Source: Eutreptiella sp. 'Long Island Sound 2002'
Lineage: Eukaryota > Protista > Euglenida
NCBI GenBank assembly: GCA_964036045.1
Contig: OZ038378.1
Location: 175,336,001 to 175,400,000 of the forward strand
DNA: 64,000 bases
Reading direction: 5' to 3'
The notes under the pieces: model-generated
What the model saw: the letters and a program-made list of their open reading frames with translations, nothing else
The model's database searches: none
What the model was told of the DNA's origin: nothing
Translations under genes and position numbers: made by a program
In this document: positions 61,906 through 64,000 of the stretch, piece by piece
Numbering within the stretch: the first letter of the stretch is position 1
Layout of the letters: the number at the start of each line of letters is the position of its first letter

Positions 61906-62505
61906 GTATGGTGTGAATGGCCCCGGACCGATTTCTGCACGCATCCAGTGCCCCAGAGAATTTACATGATAATGCAAAGAAGTTCGCAGTTGAGTAGCAT
62001 CTGGCGGCGTGTGTTGGGCCGAAAGTGAGGCCTGCTTGCGCGCTGGTGTCATGTGTAGGCACAGTCAAGATCAAACTGTCGATGTTGGCCAAGATCACCA
62101 GATTAATCTTGAGTATGCCAGTGTTCTTGGAAGTTGTCGTAGCAAATGATGCCAAGAAAGCATTGTAACAGTAAATGGTCAATTGTACTGGGGACCATTT
62201 TCACACCCACATCAAACAATCTTGGAAAGCTGACGATGAGGGGCAGTGAGCCCTAAGTTGGAGCATTTGACACACTAAGGAGTGAATCCACAACACATAA
62301 TCACCTGCTGTCCCCAGGTCATACTTGGTCCCGTGACCTAGCCCTAGCCCCATTTTGAGGGGGGAACGTTGAGCAATTCTCAGTTTTTTTTTTTTTTGAG
62401 ACAAGCAAGCACGACTGTGATTAACTTGACATTCCGGACACCATCCAAATATGTGTCTGTACCTCGGGTTTGTTCCGCGGCCCCATCTGTTTTGTCTGCA
62501 GCAAA

Positions 62506-62506
<1 letters not shown>

Positions 62507-62558
<52 letters not shown>

Positions 62559-62574
62559 CGTGTGTGTGTGTGTG
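62507..62574. repeat. (GT)n/(GC)n microsatellite
   Basis: Direct reading of the sequence. Confidence 0.9.
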
Positions 62575-64000
62575 ACCCAGATCTTATTTAAACTATTTCA
62601 GCGATTGCACATCCGTAGGTACTGAACCACTCTGTAGCCTCAGCAAGGAAACCCTTCCATGCATCCAGCTGTCGGGACACAGTTGCCCCATTAGCATTCG
62701 GTCCATTCAACAACTAAAGAGGGATAGAAAAGCATCAAAATTACAAATACCAGCCACTAGCCTTTGCCCACAGTGTGTGTGGGGATGTCTCTGCTGTTTG
62801 GGTGCCACAAAGGGGCACACCTGCACAGATCTAAAGCTGCCCCTCCGTCTGAACTGGCCTTGGTGACCACGTTGGTCGAGTTGGCAGTAACTGGCTGTGC
62901 GTGCAAATGCTGGTGCGCATGGGTTTGTGCAGCATTTGTGTGGAGGGGTTGGGTTGGGATGGTTGTGTGTCCCTCATCATATTGATGGCTTCTGAAGTGC
63001 TCGCGGTGGCCCAGACTGAGCAGCTGACCTAGCAGGGCATCGCAGGCCACCCTGCACTGAACTCGGAAATGCCATTGTCGACCCTCTTGGGACAGATGCG
63101 GTGAAACCTCTTGCACACACAGCCATGTCAATTCATGGTCCTAATGGAGGGCACAGAGACCTGCACAAAGCAGTCAGTGCAATTTTTGTGCCCACGGACA
63201 AGCAGTTGGAACCATTGAAGTTTGCGCACCTGCTGTGGATGTCCCGTTGAGTGTTGATGTGTCAAAGAAACAGGGGCAGTGGTGCAGTCGGAGGCATGAT
63301 GCAAAAGGTCGGGGTTTGTTGGTCTTGCAACTGGTGAGGCTTGATGGAGGTTATCACACTTAACACAGCTCCAATGCTGTAACGCTAGGTGGGGTAGTGG
63401 TACGGCCCCATCCAAATAGCACCTTCCCCAAGGGGTGGGGTCCCTTACACTCGCTGCTGAACTTACTGTCCGTGCCCAATTAGTTCAGTGTGTGTGGAAA
63501 GGGGCAAGGGGAAGCAAGAGAGGGAAAACAGTATGGGTCAATGGCTCACACCAATAAATGGGCCTCTAGATCTAGATCCCTACACTTGTGTGCTTGCCTT
63601 GGCTCTGGGGGTGGGGGAAATTGCGGTCCGAAATTTATCGCACTTTACCACAATTTTACTGCAATTTTTCAGTGGTTGGCTTTTTCAATCGGCACAGTGA
63701 GACTCTTTTTGACAAGGCACAGTGAGACCGTTCTTTCTACAAGGCACTGGGGGCTGCTATGCATCATGCTTGCGTGTGATTTGTGTGTCGTGACACGTTT
63801 CTGTTTTTCTTTTGCACTCCCAAAATGTCGTCAATTTCTGGGAACAGTGACTCTGGTAAGGGCACACCTCTTTCCGTGATGGGAGGCCCACTTGCATCAG
63901 CTTTCAAAGATGGAGTAATTTCTCATTACCATGGCCAAGTTTTTGCACTGTGTGCAGATTGCAGTGAAACCCCCCCCCCCCCCCCCCATGCCACCTCTGT

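Overview
Eukaryotic, repeat-rich, intron-containing window. The host is probably a euglenozoan, and a plastid-presequence-like exon hints at a photosynthetic euglenid; this is inference, not proof. Host genes: a 4-exon RRM plus giant RS/RD-repeat protein (minus strand, 2095-8643), an intronless LRR-pseudokinase-coiled-coil protein (16044-19340), two near-identical 4-exon copies of a bacterial-type (GltA-like) citrate synthase inside a 9.2-kb segmental duplication, and a probable first exon with a bipartite targeting sequence (61323-61905). The most striking element is a nearly intact tyrosine-recombinase retrotransposon (about 30.8-35.8 kb). It has gag-YR-RT/RNaseH order and split direct repeats. 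YR is in frame with gag behind a single TGA, YR and the RT leader overlap for about 1.3 kb, and the element is flanked by an unexpected 31-bp duplication. A solo B1-A2-B2 terminus of a sister family at 46.5-46.9 kb reveals the shared double-palindrome junction. The rest is MITEs, degenerate transposon relics and simple repeats.
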